Source: Azolla caroliniana (Eukaryota; Plantae; Polypodiophyta). Taken from it: a DNA stretch of 22,133 bases. Position 1 is the first letter of the stretch. Each line of letters begins with the position of its first letter. Where the stretch lies: assembly GCA_043228905.1 (NCBI GenBank), contig JBHGNT010000508.1, positions 1-22,133 of the forward strand, given 5' to 3'. Position numbers and translations under genes: made by a program. The notes under the pieces are model-generated. The model made no database searches. It saw only the letters and a list, made by a program, of their open reading frames with translations, and was not told the DNA's origin. Positions 21,762 to 22,133 of this stretch are shown in pieces.

Positions 21762-21881
21762 GTGGTGCGGTCATACCAGCGCTAATACACCGGATCCCAT
21801 CAGAACTCCGCAGTTAAGCGCGCTTGGGCCAGAACAGTACTGGGATGGGTGACCTCCCGGGAAGTCCTGGTGCTGCACCCT
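21762..21881 (+). rRNA. 5S rRNA gene (copy 37)
   Basis: Same sequence as copy 1. Confidence 0.98.
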
Positions 21882-22133
21882 TTTTGCTTCGAGTCGTGTT
21901 CTTTTCGTGCACAGTACAGGGATGGGTGACCACCCGGGAAGTCCTGGGCACGGGTTGCGTTCTTTTCCCGCCGGAGCCGTTCCCGTGCGCGTGGGCCTCT
22001 TGGCATTCGTAGAGGCGGACGAGAGCATAGGATGGGTGACGCGTAATGGGGGGCATTGTCATTCGGTGTGGGTTGAGAGTGTCATCCGTATCAACGAGAG
22101 GGCGTAAGAGGCTTTATGGGGTGGGCATGAGTG

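Larger units (their letters stand above)
1..22133 (+). repeat. 5S rDNA tandem array, 590-bp unit, ~37.5 copies
   Basis: The sequence and the whole ORF track recur with a 590-bp period across the window. Each unit contains a 5S rRNA gene and no 18S/5.8S/26S sequence (separate, S-type arrangement). Confidence 0.99.

Noticed and set aside
77-22107. Repeated 62-103 aa ORFs on both strands
   Set aside because: Short, mutually overlapping in several frames, crossing the rRNA gene and microsatellite, mostly non-ATG starts, no recognisable domain. They recur only because the DNA unit repeats.
1-22133. CRISPR-like repeat/spacer pattern from the recurring GGATGGGTGAC motif
   Set aside because: The intervening sequences are identical between units rather than unique spacers, there are no cas genes, and the motif is the 5S C box.

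Overview
The whole window is one head-to-tail tandem array of a 590-bp unit (about 37.5 copies): a eukaryotic, land-plant-type 5S rDNA locus. Each unit has a ~120-nt 5S rRNA gene on the + strand (37 complete copies at 522+590k, plus a 3' fragment at 1-51) and a ~470-bp spacer. The gene has the plant internal control region (A box, IE, C box), upstream TATA-like/GC/C-1 elements and a T5 terminator. Its sequence (GTGGTGCGGTC start, CCAGAACAGTACTGGG, CTCCCGGGAAGTCCTGG) is not the seed-plant type and, from recall only, resembles horsetail (Equisetum) 5S rRNA. No ORF is credible as a protein gene. The interest lies in the spacer: a 37-bp near-perfect copy of the gene's 3' part (C box, helix IV), a second more decayed C-box copy, a perfect tRNA-type B box with an A-box-like motif upstream and its own T5 run downstream, and a length-invariant palindromic (AT)n tract. 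Each unit may thus combine type-1 and type-2 Pol III signals; function is inferred, not shown. I found only three variant positions in 22 kb. Spacer elements are given with first-unit coordinates and recur every 590 bp.
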